Assembly (NCBI GenBank): GCA_964372915.1
Contig: CAYJRN010000001.1
Location: forward strand, 100,305-164,304
Length of the DNA: 64,000 nt
DNA from: an uncultured Planctomycetales bacterium
GTDB lineage: Bacteria > Omnitrophota > Gorgyraeia > Zapsychrales > JAHFFX01
Direction: 5' to 3'
This document shows, piece by piece, positions 8,422 through 17,419 of the stretch (the first letter of the stretch is position 1; the number at the start of each line of letters is the position of its first letter). The notes under the pieces were generated by a model. That model worked only from the letters and a program-made list of their open reading frames with translations, had not been told where the DNA came from and made no database searches. The translations under genes were made by a program, and so were the position numbers.

Positions 8422-9141
8422 ATGCCTAAATTAGGAGTCAATATCGATCACGTTGCCACCTTGCGTCAAGCCAGAAAAGGCTGGGAGCCCGACCCACTGC
8501 AAGCGGCCCGGATCTGTGAACAATCCGGGGCGCACGCTATCGTCGCGCATTTGCGCGAAGACCGTCGACACATCAATGACAGCGACATAACGCGTCTGCG
8601 CAAAACCGTCCGCACAAAATTTAATCTTGAGATGTCGCTCAATCCCAAGATTGTCAAAATCGCCGGCCGCCTTAAGCCGGACCAGGCCACCATCGTGCCC
8701 GAACGGCGCCAAGAAATCACCACCGAAGGCGGCCTCGATACCATCGCGAATTCCGAAAAAATTGAGAAAGTCCTCGGAGCCCTTCGAACAAAAAATATCG
8801 TTGTGAGTCTTTTTGTCGCGCCCGATAAAAAACACATCAAACGCTGTCGAGATTTAGGCATTGAGATGATCGAACTTCACACCGGATGTTACGCGCTGGC
8901 GAAAACGTCCTCCGCTCGTCGACGCGAGCTGAATCAACTCAAAGCCATGACTGAACTCGCCAGCCGATGGGGCATCACGGTGAACGCCGGCCACGGGCTC
9001 AATTATGAAAATACCCCGGCGGTTGCGAGAATTCCCGGAATCAAAGAACTCAATATCGGACACTCGATCATTGCCAGAGCCGTCTTTGTAGGTCTTAAAA
9101 AAGCGGTCCAAGACATGGTCAAACTTTGCGAGGGCAAATGA
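8422..9141 (+). CDS. pdxJ: Pyridoxine 5'-phosphate synthase
   Basis: LGVNIDHVATLRQAR...AHLREDRRHI are PdxJ TIM-barrel signatures; length is ~240 aa. Confidence 0.9.
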   Translation: MPKLGVNIDHVATLRQARKGWEPDPLQAARICEQSGAHAIVAHLREDRRHINDSDITRLRKTVRTKFNLEMSLNPKIVKIAGRLKPDQATIVPERRQEITTEGGLDTIANSEKIEKVLGALRTKNIVVSLFVAPDKKHIKRCRDLGIEMIELHTGCYALAKTSSARRRELNQLKAMTELASRWGITVNAGHGLNYENTPAVARIPGIKELNIGHSIIARAVFVGLKKAVQDMVKLCEGK

Positions 9142-9551
9142 GCAAGATCTTCGGCACCGGTATCGACATCATCGAAATTTCCCGTATCAAAGAGGCCATT
9201 GATCGCTGGGGTGATACTTTCTTAAGCCACGTTTTCACCAAAGAAGAAATTGTCTACGCCAAGAAACACCGCTTTCCTAATCAACATTTCGCCGCCCGCT
9301 TCGCCGCCAAAGAGGCGGTCTTGAAGGCCTTTGGCAATAATGCCCACATCAACTGGAAAGACATTCAGATCACCAACGATAAGCACGGCAAACCCGTCTG
9401 CATTTACCTGCCTTGCCGGCAGGCAGGCCCGCTTCGTCCGCGAAGCGAGGCGAGCCGGCAAAGTAAAGACAAGGAATTCAAAAAACAGATTCTGGTTTCC
9501 ATATCCCACACCAAGAATTATGCGGTTGCCAGCGCCATTATTACGTCGTAA
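9138..9551 (+). CDS. acpS: Holo-[acyl-carrier-protein] synthase
   Basis: GTGIDIIEISRI...FAAKEAVLKAFG are AcpS motifs. The ATG overlaps the pdxJ stop, matching the conserved pdxJ-acpS pair. An internal ~35-aa insertion (PCRQAGPLRPRSEASRQSKDKE...) is present. Confidence 0.8.
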   Translation: MSKIFGTGIDIIEISRIKEAIDRWGDTFLSHVFTKEEIVYAKKHRFPNQHFAARFAAKEAVLKAFGNNAHINWKDIQITNDKHGKPVCIYLPCRQAGPLRPRSEASRQSKDKEFKKQILVSISHTKNYAVASAIITS

Positions 9552-10386
9552 TCCCAATGTCCACAAGAATGACTTCGGCCACGTTTTTGTCCTGGCTGGA
9601 TCGCGCCACATGTTGGGGGCCGCGGCCTTGACTTCGCTCTCGGCCATGCGCTCCGGGGCCGGGCTCGTCACGCTTGGTACACCCCAAAGCTTAAACACAA
9701 CAGCGCAAAAAAAAATTTCTTCCGTCATCATGACCTTATCGTTGCCACAGACACGAGAACAATCGATTTCTTCAAAGGCTTTCAAAACCATTGAAAAAAT
9801 CTTATACCGTTTCGACAGCCTGGCCATCGGCACCGGCCTATCGATCAATAAAGACACGCAAAAATTTATCTTAAAAATGGTAAAAGAATGCGACAAACCG
9901 ATGGTCATTGATGCCGACGCATTGAATGCGTTGGAGGGACACGCGGCCGTCCTCCTTAAGAACCCAACAGAAAAAATCTTGACGCCCCATGTCGGAGAAA
10001 TGGCTCGCTTGACCGGACTCAAGAAAGAATTCATCGAAAAAAATCGCCTTAAAGTTGCCAAAGAGTTCGCGCAAAAAAATCGTTGTGTCATTGTTCTCAA
10101 AGGACACCGAACACTCGTCGCTTCACCGGAAGGAAAAACCTACATCAATACAACGGGAAACGCCGGGATGGCGACCGCCGGCAGCGGCGACGTGCTCACC
10201 GGAATGATTGCGGCGTTGCTAGCTCAAGGCATTGAGGCGTTTGAATCCGCCCGGTTTGGGGTTTATCTCCATGGCTTGGCGGGAGATTGGGCAGCTAAAG
10301 TACGATCAAAAGCAGCTCTTATTGCCACCGACATCATCGAGCAGATTGGTCCAACGATCTTGCGCTTAAGTAAGGAGCATAAGTAA
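9520..10386 (+). CDS. nnrD: ADP-dependent NAD(P)H-hydrate dehydratase (YjeF C-terminal domain)
   Basis: HKNDFGHVFVLAGSRHMLGAAALTSLSAMRSGAGLV and GNAGMATAGSGDVLTG match the YjeF_C carbohydrate-kinase-like fold. The likely start (ATG 9520) overlaps the acpS 3' end by 32 nt. The ORF-track start at 9331 is an out-of-frame overlap of acpS. Confidence 0.78.
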   Translation: MRLPAPLLRRNPNVHKNDFGHVFVLAGSRHMLGAAALTSLSAMRSGAGLVTLGTPQSLNTTAQKKISSVIMTLSLPQTREQSISSKAFKTIEKILYRFDSLAIGTGLSINKDTQKFILKMVKECDKPMVIDADALNALEGHAAVLLKNPTEKILTPHVGEMARLTGLKKEFIEKNRLKVAKEFAQKNRCVIVLKGHRTLVASPEGKTYINTTGNAGMATAGSGDVLTGMIAALLAQGIEAFESARFGVYLHGLAGDWAAKVRSKAALIATDIIEQIGPTILRLSKEHK

Positions 10387-10396
10387 GGAGCAATTT

Positions 10397-10425
10397 TCTT
10401 GACAGTCTATGGGAGACTTATTATA
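10397..10425 (+). promoter_or_regulatory. Near-consensus sigma70-type promoter (TTGACA-17-TATAGT)
   Basis: ttgacagtctatgggagacttattatagt lies 30 nt upstream of the 10457 gene. Confidence 0.45.
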
Positions 10426-10456
10426 GTAGTACCACACTTTAAATGCGGAGAATGAT

Positions 10457-10969
10457 ATGCTAGTATTTTTGTTATTGATCTTCGGAATGTTCTCACGTTT
10501 CATCGTTCATGTTCCCAACTTTACACCGGTCATTTCCATCGCCCTTTTAAGCGGCGCCTACCTTAATAAAAGATACGCCATAGTCGTTCCCGTGGCGTTG
10601 ATGATTTTGTCGGATTTGGTCATTGGACTGCATGAAACAATTCTTTTTACCTGGGGAAGTATGGCGCTCATCGCATTCATGGGCTTCTGCTTAAGAGGCA
10701 AAAAGAATTTTGTGAACATCGCGGGAATCAACCTCTGGTCAGCTATTCTTTTCTTTCTGGCAACGAATTTCGGGACGTGGTTGATGAGCGACTTGTACCC
10801 CAAAAACACTCAAGGCCTTATCGATTGCTTTATTCTGGCTGTCCCATTCTTTAGAACGACCCTTTGGAGTACTTTGATGTACAGCGCGCTTTTCTTTGGC
10901 GCTTATGAAATAATCGCCGCGCGGGTAAAATCATCCCGTTGGGCGACCGTTCTTTTAACCGCTTACTAA
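10457..10969 (+). CDS. Polytopic membrane protein, possibly ECF-transporter S-component-like; function unknown
   Basis: Five or six hydrophobic helices. The NFTPVISIALLSGAYL motif resembles substrate-capture S components. No strong family call. Confidence 0.35.
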   Translation: MLVFLLLIFGMFSRFIVHVPNFTPVISIALLSGAYLNKRYAIVVPVALMILSDLVIGLHETILFTWGSMALIAFMGFCLRGKKNFVNIAGINLWSAILFFLATNFGTWLMSDLYPKNTQGLIDCFILAVPFFRTTLWSTLMYSALFFGAYEIIAARVKSSRWATVLLTAY

Positions 10970-11011
10970 CTTTTTTCTTTCCAATGCGATTGGAAAGGCT
11001 AGTAAAATAAC

Positions 11012-11250
11012 CTATTCGGTGTCCCCCCGCCGTTTGCTTGTTTGCACTTTTTGAACAAATAGGGACAAGCAAACAAGCGGCGGGGGGATCAAAAGGGAAT
11101 CCTGTCCGCCCCAAAATTGGGGCGGGTTCAATCAGGAACGGTCCCGCCGCTGTAACTGAATTCTTTTCCTGTTTAAAGCCATTACTCTTTTAAGAGTGAG
11201 AAGGCAAGGGAAGAGAGTTTCATTCAGAAGTCAGAAGACCTGCCGAGTAG
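11012..11250 (+). ncRNA. Cobalamin (AdoCbl) riboswitch upstream of metE
   Basis: AAAAGGGAATCCTG..., CGGTCCCGCCGCTGTAACTG (B12-box-like GCCGCTG), GAGAAGGCAAGGGAAG and the 3' AGTCAGAAGACCTGCC motif match the Cbl riboswitch consensus from memory. An intrinsic terminator follows. Confidence 0.7.
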
Positions 11251-11313
11251 CTAGAGCGCATTCCTACTGCGAAGACAGTATCAATCGTGCGTATATTCTG
11301 GGATTTAAACGGG

Positions 11314-11350
11314 CCCAGTCCGCCATAATTTTGGCGGACTGGGTTTTTTT
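11314..11350 (+). terminator. Rho-independent terminator / riboswitch expression platform (CCCAGTCCGCC-loop-GGCGGACTGGG + T7)
   Basis: A perfect 11-bp stem followed by TTTTTTT, 23 nt before the metE ATG. Confidence 0.8.
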
Positions 11351-11372
11351 GTTAAAAAAGGATATTGAAATT

Positions 11373-13535
11373 ATGCAAACCTACGCTTACGGATTTCCTC
11401 GGTTAGGAGAAAACCGCGAATACAAAAAGGCTATTGAAAATTTCTGGAACGCTAAAGCTACCGAAACACAAACCAAAAATGAACTCGATCGCTTACAGGA
11501 GGAATTACTGAAGATTTATTCCCGGAGCGTGGACCAATTTCCGGTAGGGGAAATGACGGCTTATGATCCTATGCTGGATACGGCCATTATGCTGGGAATT
11601 CACCGGCCCAAGAACCTCAACGATTATTACAGTCTGTGTCGTGAGGAAAAGGCGCTGGAGATGACCAAATGGTTTAATACCAATTACCATTATTTGGTAA
11701 CTGACTTTGGGAGCATCAAGAAACCCAAATTGCGCTTAAATTGGAACAAATCGATGGAATATCAAAAACGGTTTCAAAAAGGGATTCCCTATCTTATCGG
11801 GCCGTTCACGTTTTTTAAACTCAGTAAAGGGCTTAGCCGAAACCGTTTTTTTGACTTGCTGGATACCGCTGCGGATATTTATGCCAAAATCATCGAGGAT
11901 TTGCCGGAAGTTCACGTCGACGAACCCGCTTTTGTCTTAGACCTCAACCAAGAAGAGATCAAGGCCATCCGCAAGGCTTACAAGAAAATGGACCCCACCA
12001 GCCGTAAAATCAATCTATTCACTTATTACGAGAGCGTTGACTGGATTAAAGACCTGCTTTCCTTACCGGTAAAATCCCTCGGACTTGATTTTATTCATGG
12101 CGCCGAACAATTATCAATGATCAAGAAGTACGGCTTCCCTAATGATAAAACGCTCATCGCCGGAATCGTGGACGGCCGCAGCATCTGGAAAACGAATTTA
12201 ACAAAAGTCATTACATTATTGCATGAACTTTCCCGACACACCTCATCCTTGATGATCAGCAACGCCGCCCCGCTTTACCATCTTCCCATCACACTTAAAG
12301 GTGAAAAGCTACCGACGGAACTTTTACAACGATTGAGTTTTGCGCGGGAACGCCTTGGAGAATTACAAACCATCGCCGAACTTTGGAAAAACGGCAAAAC
12401 ACCCGAAGCCTCTGTGTCTCTATCGCTGGGGGTCAACATGACCGTCCGCAAGAAAGTCGAATCACTTCAAACAAAAGACTTCATAAAAAAAGTTCCTTAT
12501 TCTAAACGGACCTCTTTACAAAATGGGTTACTGCGGCTTCCGCCGTTTCCGACGACCACCATCGGAAGTTTTCCGCAAACTTTCGAAATCCGCAAACTGC
12601 GCAGCGATTACCGCGGTGGTCAAATCAGCAAAGAGGTTTATGACGCGCACATCAAATCCAAGATCGCCGAACTCATCCGATTTCAGGAAGAATTGGGTCT
12701 CGATGTCCTGGTACACGGAGAATTCGAACGTACCGACATGGTGGAGTTCTTCGCCGAAAAACTGGAGGGGATTGCGACGACGCAGAAAGGGTGGATCATT
12801 TCCTATGGAACAAGGGCCTATCGACCGCCTATCATCTTTGGTGATGTTTCGCGTCCCCAGCCAATGACCATTGATGAGATTACTTATGCTCAGAGCCTGA
12901 CCAGTAAACCGGTGAAAGGCATGTTGACCGGCCCCGTGACCATCATTGCCTGGAGCTTTGTACGCGAAGACATTCCCGTCTCGCAAGTCGCCTATCAGAT
13001 TGGTCTGGCCCTCAAGGAAGAAATCCTGGACTATGAGAAAAAGGGGATTAAGATTGTCCAGATCGATGAGCCCGCTCTGAGAGAAAAAACTCCGATCAAA
13101 AGAAAAAAATGGAAAGAATATTTTGATTGGGCCATCAAGGCTTTCCGTTTGACGACCAACACGGACCCGACGACTCAAATCCACGCACACATGTGCTATT
13201 CGGAATTCGGCGATATCATCCGGGAAATTCGTCAGATGGATTTCGACGTTATTTCTATCGAAACTTCTCGTAGCCACGGCGATATCATCAAAGGGTTCGA
13301 AAAAATGAAATTTGACCGTCAGATCGGACTCGGGGTCTGGGATATCCACTCACCGGTTGTACCCAAAAAAAAGGAGATGGTCTCGATCGTGAGACGTGCT
13401 CTCAAAGTCATTCCCAAAGAGAATTTCTGGATCAATCCTGACTGTGGTCTTAAAACACGTAATTGGGAAGAAACCACAGCCTCGCTTAAAAACCTCGTGG
13501 CCTTAAGCCAAACCTTAAGAAAAAGGAGAAAGTAA
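11373..13535 (+). CDS. metE: Cobalamin-independent methionine synthase (5-methyltetrahydropteroyltriglutamate--homocysteine methyltransferase)
   Basis: ~720 aa with two MetE (beta/alpha)8 halves. The C-terminal IQIDEPAL...HMCYSEF zinc-site motifs are present. The ORF-track start at 11196 would run through the riboswitch and terminator. Confidence 0.9.
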   Translation: MQTYAYGFPRLGENREYKKAIENFWNAKATETQTKNELDRLQEELLKIYSRSVDQFPVGEMTAYDPMLDTAIMLGIHRPKNLNDYYSLCREEKALEMTKWFNTNYHYLVTDFGSIKKPKLRLNWNKSMEYQKRFQKGIPYLIGPFTFFKLSKGLSRNRFFDLLDTAADIYAKIIEDLPEVHVDEPAFVLDLNQEEIKAIRKAYKKMDPTSRKINLFTYYESVDWIKDLLSLPVKSLGLDFIHGAEQLSMIKKYGFPNDKTLIAGIVDGRSIWKTNLTKVITLLHELSRHTSSLMISNAAPLYHLPITLKGEKLPTELLQRLSFARERLGELQTIAELWKNGKTPEASVSLSLGVNMTVRKKVESLQTKDFIKKVPYSKRTSLQNGLLRLPPFPTTTIGSFPQTFEIRKLRSDYRGGQISKEVYDAHIKSKIAELIRFQEELGLDVLVHGEFERTDMVEFFAEKLEGIATTQKGWIISYGTRAYRPPIIFGDVSRPQPMTIDEITYAQSLTSKPVKGMLTGPVTIIAWSFVREDIPVSQVAYQIGLALKEEILDYEKKGIKIVQIDEPALREKTPIKRKKWKEYFDWAIKAFRLTTNTDPTTQIHAHMCYSEFGDIIREIRQMDFDVISIETSRSHGDIIKGFEKMKFDRQIGLGVWDIHSPVVPKKKEMVSIVRRALKVIPKENFWINPDCGLKTRNWEETTASLKNLVALSQTLRKRRK

Positions 13536-15532
13536 TGAAAAAAACATCTTGGCGTATAACACTTCTCGTTTTATTAATAATGCCTAAAATGGCATTCGCT
13601 CAAGAGGAACCGTTGACACCCATCGAATTGGAAAAAATTATTGTGACCGCCAGCCGCATGGCGCAGCATGATTATAAAGTCAGCGGCAACGTCAGCGTCA
13701 TTGATCGTTCTCAAATCGAATCCTCCACAGCCCAGAATATTCCCGACATCCTTAAAGACGCTCTGGGCGTTCACGTCGTCAACAACAGCAGCATAAAAAC
13801 GTCGGTCGTGGATATCCGCGGCTTCGGTGACACAGCCTCACGCAATGTGCTGGTCCTGGTCAATGACCGAATCCTTAATACCGTTGACATTTCCGGCCCG
13901 GATCTGCTGCAAATTCCTTTAAGTGCCGTGGAACGCATTGAAATTATCCGCGGGGCCGGCTCCGTTCTGTACGGGGACCGAGCGGTGGGAGGGGTCGTCA
14001 ACATCATCACCAAAAAAGGAAAGGGCAAATTGTCCGGCCGCCTGGGAACTCATATCGGCAGTTATGATGCCCGCGGAACCGACTTGGAAGTCTCCGGATC
14101 TCAAAAAGAATTCTCCTACTTTTTTTACTCCAAATACGACGATGCAAAGGGGTATCGGCAAAACAGCGACGTTTTAAGCAAAGACTTCAACACCCGCCTC
14201 GGATATGATTTGTCTGACAAGCTGTCTGCGGATATTGAATATTCCACCCACCGGGACGATTATGGACTCCCCGGCGGCTTAAGCGGGGCGAACCTCTCGG
14301 CGCTGGGGCCTAGGGCGTCCACGAATCTCAATGATTTTGCCAACAGCCGTGACCAGAACTTAAGATTGGGCTTCAATGTCACGCCTTGGCCGGCGGATCT
14401 TTATCTGGGACAACTGGCTTTGGATTTTTATGTTCGCGACCGCGATGTCTTTGATAGCTTCTCGGGGTTTGACACGACCCGTACCATCGATACCACCGGC
14501 ATTTCGGCGAAATACATTTTTGACCACACGGTTTTTAACAAAGAGGTGAACTTCGTTACGGGAATCGATTTTTACGATACCGAAAACCCGATCAAGGGAA
14601 GCGGCAGCAACACGGATGATTTGACCATTTCCAAAAAAGACATCGGCCTTTACGGTTTGGCCGAGGTTGAAACCCTGGAAAATCTTTTTGTCAACGCAGG
14701 AGGGAGATACTACAAGGCGGATTATGCCTTCAGCCAGCGCAACGGTGTCAACGTCGATGAGAAACAGCATCCGGATGTTTTTGTTTATACCGGAGGGTTA
14801 AAATACGAATATGCCCAGGGCTCCAACGCCCATATCAGCGTGCAGCGGACATTCCGGTTTCTGGCCACCGATGAGTGGTACAGTTCCTTTAGCGGGACGC
14901 TGGATACGAACCTCGATCAGCAAAAAGGGATTCAGTATGAGGCGGGAATTAAACACAATTTTAAAGACGCCATCTCTTTGAGCGTGACTCCCTACCTTAT
15001 TAACACCCATGACGAGATTTTCTTTGACCCGACGACTTTCACCAACAGCAATTACGATAAGACCCGGCGGGCGGGAGTGGAACTTGGGCAAGAGACGAAC
15101 TTGCTGAAATTCATCAACATTCCTCACCTTAACGAGCTGAAGCTTACGACCAACTACACTTATCAAAAACCGTATTTTAACGGCGGGCGTAGTAATAGAA
15201 AGTTGATTCCGCTGGTTCCCCGGCAACAAGTGAGCGGAGGGATCAGAACACAGTTCTTTAAAAATTATCACTTCGCCCTTACGGGCAATTACATCGGCTC
15301 TCAGTTTGCCATCAACGACGTCAACAACATCACCCCTAAGGTCGAGCCATACTTTACGCTGGATACCAAGCTCTCTTACAGAAAGGCAAATTATGAAATT
15401 TACGTAGGGATCAATAATATTAGTAATCAGAGGTATTCAACGACTGTCACCAAATCGGCCTCTTCCAATGCCAAAAGTTTTCTGCCGGCACCGGGAAGGA
15501 ATTTTGATGTGGGCGTCAATTGTAAATTCTAA
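13535..15532 (+). CDS. TonB-dependent outer-membrane receptor (candidate corrinoid transporter, BtuB-like by context)
   Basis: Signal peptide, TonB box IIVTASRM, plug then beta-barrel, C-terminal F. The start overlaps the metE stop (TAATG), so the gene lies under the Cbl riboswitch. Confidence 0.8.
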   Translation: MKKTSWRITLLVLLIMPKMAFAQEEPLTPIELEKIIVTASRMAQHDYKVSGNVSVIDRSQIESSTAQNIPDILKDALGVHVVNNSSIKTSVVDIRGFGDTASRNVLVLVNDRILNTVDISGPDLLQIPLSAVERIEIIRGAGSVLYGDRAVGGVVNIITKKGKGKLSGRLGTHIGSYDARGTDLEVSGSQKEFSYFFYSKYDDAKGYRQNSDVLSKDFNTRLGYDLSDKLSADIEYSTHRDDYGLPGGLSGANLSALGPRASTNLNDFANSRDQNLRLGFNVTPWPADLYLGQLALDFYVRDRDVFDSFSGFDTTRTIDTTGISAKYIFDHTVFNKEVNFVTGIDFYDTENPIKGSGSNTDDLTISKKDIGLYGLAEVETLENLFVNAGGRYYKADYAFSQRNGVNVDEKQHPDVFVYTGGLKYEYAQGSNAHISVQRTFRFLATDEWYSSFSGTLDTNLDQQKGIQYEAGIKHNFKDAISLSVTPYLINTHDEIFFDPTTFTNSNYDKTRRAGVELGQETNLLKFINIPHLNELKLTTNYTYQKPYFNGGRSNRKLIPLVPRQQVSGGIRTQFFKNYHFALTGNYIGSQFAINDVNNITPKVEPYFTLDTKLSYRKANYEIYVGINNISNQRYSTTVTKSASSNAKSFLPAPGRNFDVGVNCKF

Positions 15533-15546
15533 AAGTAAAGAGCAGA

Positions 15547-15587
15547 AAGGGCCGATTCCCCCGCCGACGGCGGGGGAATCGGCCCTT
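15547..15587. terminator. Bidirectional hairpin terminator between the convergent TonB-receptor and pfp genes
   Basis: AAGGGCCGATTCCCCCGCCG|ACGGCGGGGGAATCGGCCCTT, a 20-bp perfect palindrome. Confidence 0.75.
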
Positions 15588-15607
15588 TGAGGATATTTGA
15601 AAAAAAG

Positions 15608-16813
15608 CTATAAATGCCGCTCGACGGGCCCGTTGATCTTCTCAAAATGGAAGGACGTCTTGACCGGCGGGCGTCCGAAGCAAACGCCCAAAGTTTCGTA
15701 GAGTGACACGAGGTTCAAATCGACATAGCGTTGTTTGATGGCATCGGCCGTATTCATATAACGGATGGTATTACCGTTGACACCGGCGACGGTCACCCCG
15801 GTGATATTTTGAAGCAGCAATTGAACGGCCGCCGCGCCCGCTTCCTTGCCGAAGTTGACGTCGTAAGGGGAAGAGCGGCCGCAACGCACCAGATGCCCGG
15901 GCATGACCGCGCGAATCTCGGGAATCTCATTCATGCCCTTGACAAACATCATCGATCTCTTCATCATCTCGGCCGTAGAGGGGTCAGTTTTAAAACGTTT
16001 TGTTAATTCCTGGACCACATATTTCGCAGCGCCGGCGAGACGTTTATGTCCGAAAGAATCAACTCCAGCCGATTCATCCACGATCTCGCGCCCCGAGGCG
16101 TCTTTAAACCCTTCCGCCACGACAATCATGTAGGTGGCCCCGCGGATGTCGCTATTCATAATCTTTTCCCAATATCTGGCCTTGGCGTGGGCGTACAAAG
16201 CGTCAAAGTCGACCGGGACCTCCGGAATGAGCACGGCGTCGGCATCCGCCGCAATGCCTCCCCGAAAAGCGGTGTGCCCGGCATAACGACCGAACACCTC
16301 CATCGCAACGATCCGGCGATGCGTCACAGCGGTTGTTTTTAAATCTTCGATGAAATTTGCGATCCGCGCGATCGCGGAGTCGCCCCCGACCGAATACGTT
16401 TGCAGGTCCAAGTCCATGGTTTTGGGGGCATGAACGCACTTAAACCCTTGTTGACTCAAATCCACCATGACACTTGCGGAATCATCGCCACCGCTAATGA
16501 CTAACCCGTCAATCTTAAATTTTTCTATACCCTTTTTGATCCGTTGATATTTTTTTTCATCTTCGATTTTCTTGACCTTAACCCGGGAATGACCCGCCTC
16601 AGAGCCAGCCAGATTGGCATCAATTTGGTCGATCCTGTGGGCTGTCAACTCGACCAGTTGATCCATATCCACAAGATTGTAAAGCCCGGCATAGCCATGC
16701 GGAATCATAAAACAGGAAAGACCCTGCGAACGCGCCATGAGGGCGGCACCCTTGATGACACCGTTTAAGCCTCCACAATCTCCGCCGCTGGTAAGGATTC
16801 CGATACGCTTCAT
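15608..16813 (-). CDS. pfp: Pyrophosphate-dependent 6-phosphofructokinase
   Basis: PFK fold, GILTSGGDCGGLN. GGDDS (Asp replacing the ATP-PFK Gly) and PKTMD (Lys) are the residues that distinguish PPi- from ATP-dependent enzymes. Confidence 0.8.
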   Translation of the reverse strand: MKRIGILTSGGDCGGLNGVIKGAALMARSQGLSCFMIPHGYAGLYNLVDMDQLVELTAHRIDQIDANLAGSEAGHSRVKVKKIEDEKKYQRIKKGIEKFKIDGLVISGGDDSASVMVDLSQQGFKCVHAPKTMDLDLQTYSVGGDSAIARIANFIEDLKTTAVTHRRIVAMEVFGRYAGHTAFRGGIAADADAVLIPEVPVDFDALYAHAKARYWEKIMNSDIRGATYMIVVAEGFKDASGREIVDESAGVDSFGHKRLAGAAKYVVQELTKRFKTDPSTAEMMKRSMMFVKGMNEIPEIRAVMPGHLVRCGRSSPYDVNFGKEAGAAAVQLLLQNITGVTVAGVNGNTIRYMNTADAIKQRYVDLNLVSLYETLGVCFGRPPVKTSFHFEKINGPVERHL

Positions 16814-16825
16814 GGCAATACTCCT

Positions 16826-16960
16826 TTGATATATTAAATTATTAACCTTTTCTTCCTTAAAGCCGTAAATTTTTTTCCAGTCTCAAGGAGAGAAAAGGTA
16901 ATATTGACTTCCATATACGGCGCTAATAGCGGAAAGGTCAATAGTGAGAATATCGTATCA
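16826..16960. repeat. Dispersed leader repeat, family R2, copy A (immediately 5' of the pfp RBS)
   Basis: ttattaaccttttcttccttaaa...gagagaaaaggtaatattgacttccatatacggcgctaatagcggaaaggtcaata. Near-identical copies lie at 43528-43650, 50095-50170 (partial) and 52328-52510. Confidence 0.7.
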
Positions 16961-17009
16961 AACAATTACCATTTTGTGAAGAAATTAGTGATTTTCATTA
17001 AAATCTTCC

Positions 17010-17038
17010 TATGCAACTTTTGGGAATTCTGGTATAAT
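17010..17038 (+). promoter_or_regulatory. Candidate tRNA-operon promoter with extended -10 (TGgTATAAT)
   Basis: ctggtataat at 17029-17038 lies about 55 nt upstream of tRNA-Thr. The -35 region is weak. Confidence 0.4.
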
Positions 17039-17092
17039 TTTACAGTTTTTCAAACAATGATCGAAAAATTTTCCGGTCATTATTATTTTATT

Positions 17093-17165
17093 GCTGGCGT
17101 AGCTCAGTTGGTAGAGCAGCTGACTTGTAATCAGCAGGTCGGGGGTTCGAAGCCTCTCGCCAGCT
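17093..17165 (+). tRNA. tRNA-Thr (anticodon TGT)
   Basis: GCTGGCGTAGCTCAGTTGGTAGAGCAGCTGACTTGTAATCAGC...GGTTCGAAGCC...CGCCAGCT forms a standard cloverleaf. Confidence 0.9.
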
Positions 17166-17265
17166 TAAATTGAAATTACATAAGGGCAGTCCCCAGATAA
17201 TTTTACGAGTGGGGACAGCCCCTGACTTTTCTTGAGATAAAATTTTTTAATTTCTTGTAGTCAGG

Positions 17266-17348
17266 GGGCAGATACTCAAGTGGTCAACGAGAACAGACTG
17301 TAAATCTGTTGCGCTTGCGCTTCGGAGGTTCGAATCCTTCTCTGCCCA
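17266..17348 (+). tRNA. tRNA-Tyr (anticodon GTA), long variable arm
   Basis: GGGCAGATACTCAAGTGGTCAACGAGAACAGACTGTAAATCTGT + variable arm + GGTTCGAATCC + TCTGCCCA. Confidence 0.88.
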
Positions 17349-17358
17349 TTTTTTGTTT

Positions 17359-17392
17359 GCGGGCGTAGTTCAATGGCAGAACTCCAGCCTTC
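17359..17392 (+). pseudogene. 5' fragment (34 nt) of tRNA-Gly(TCC), identical to the complete copy downstream; not foldable as a tRNA
   Basis: GCGGGCGTAGTTCAATGGCAGAACTCCAGCCTTC equals the first 34 nt of the tRNA at 17473. The sequence then diverges with no anticodon or T-arm pairing. Confidence 0.6.
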
Positions 17393-17419
17393 TCCCGTGA
17401 GCACGAAGTGCGAACGGTA

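Noticed and set aside
9331-9519. Long N-terminal extension of nnrD overlapping acpS in another frame
   Set aside because: The YjeF_C homology begins near residue 64 of that ORF. The extension is an out-of-frame overlap of a well-supported acpS.
11196-11372. 59-codon N-terminal extension of metE
   Set aside because: It would read through the cobalamin riboswitch and its terminator. The MetE homology starts at MQTYAYGFPRLGE (ATG 11373).
15731-16439. Antisense ORFs inside pfp (15731-16006, 15903-16133, 16046-16342, 16203-16439) and similar shadow ORFs inside valS, metE, the molybdenum-hydroxylase large subunit, fadB and hemL
   Set aside because: They lie opposite or out of frame to strongly supported genes and have no RBS and no recognisable similarity. 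They are typical of GC-rich shadow frames.
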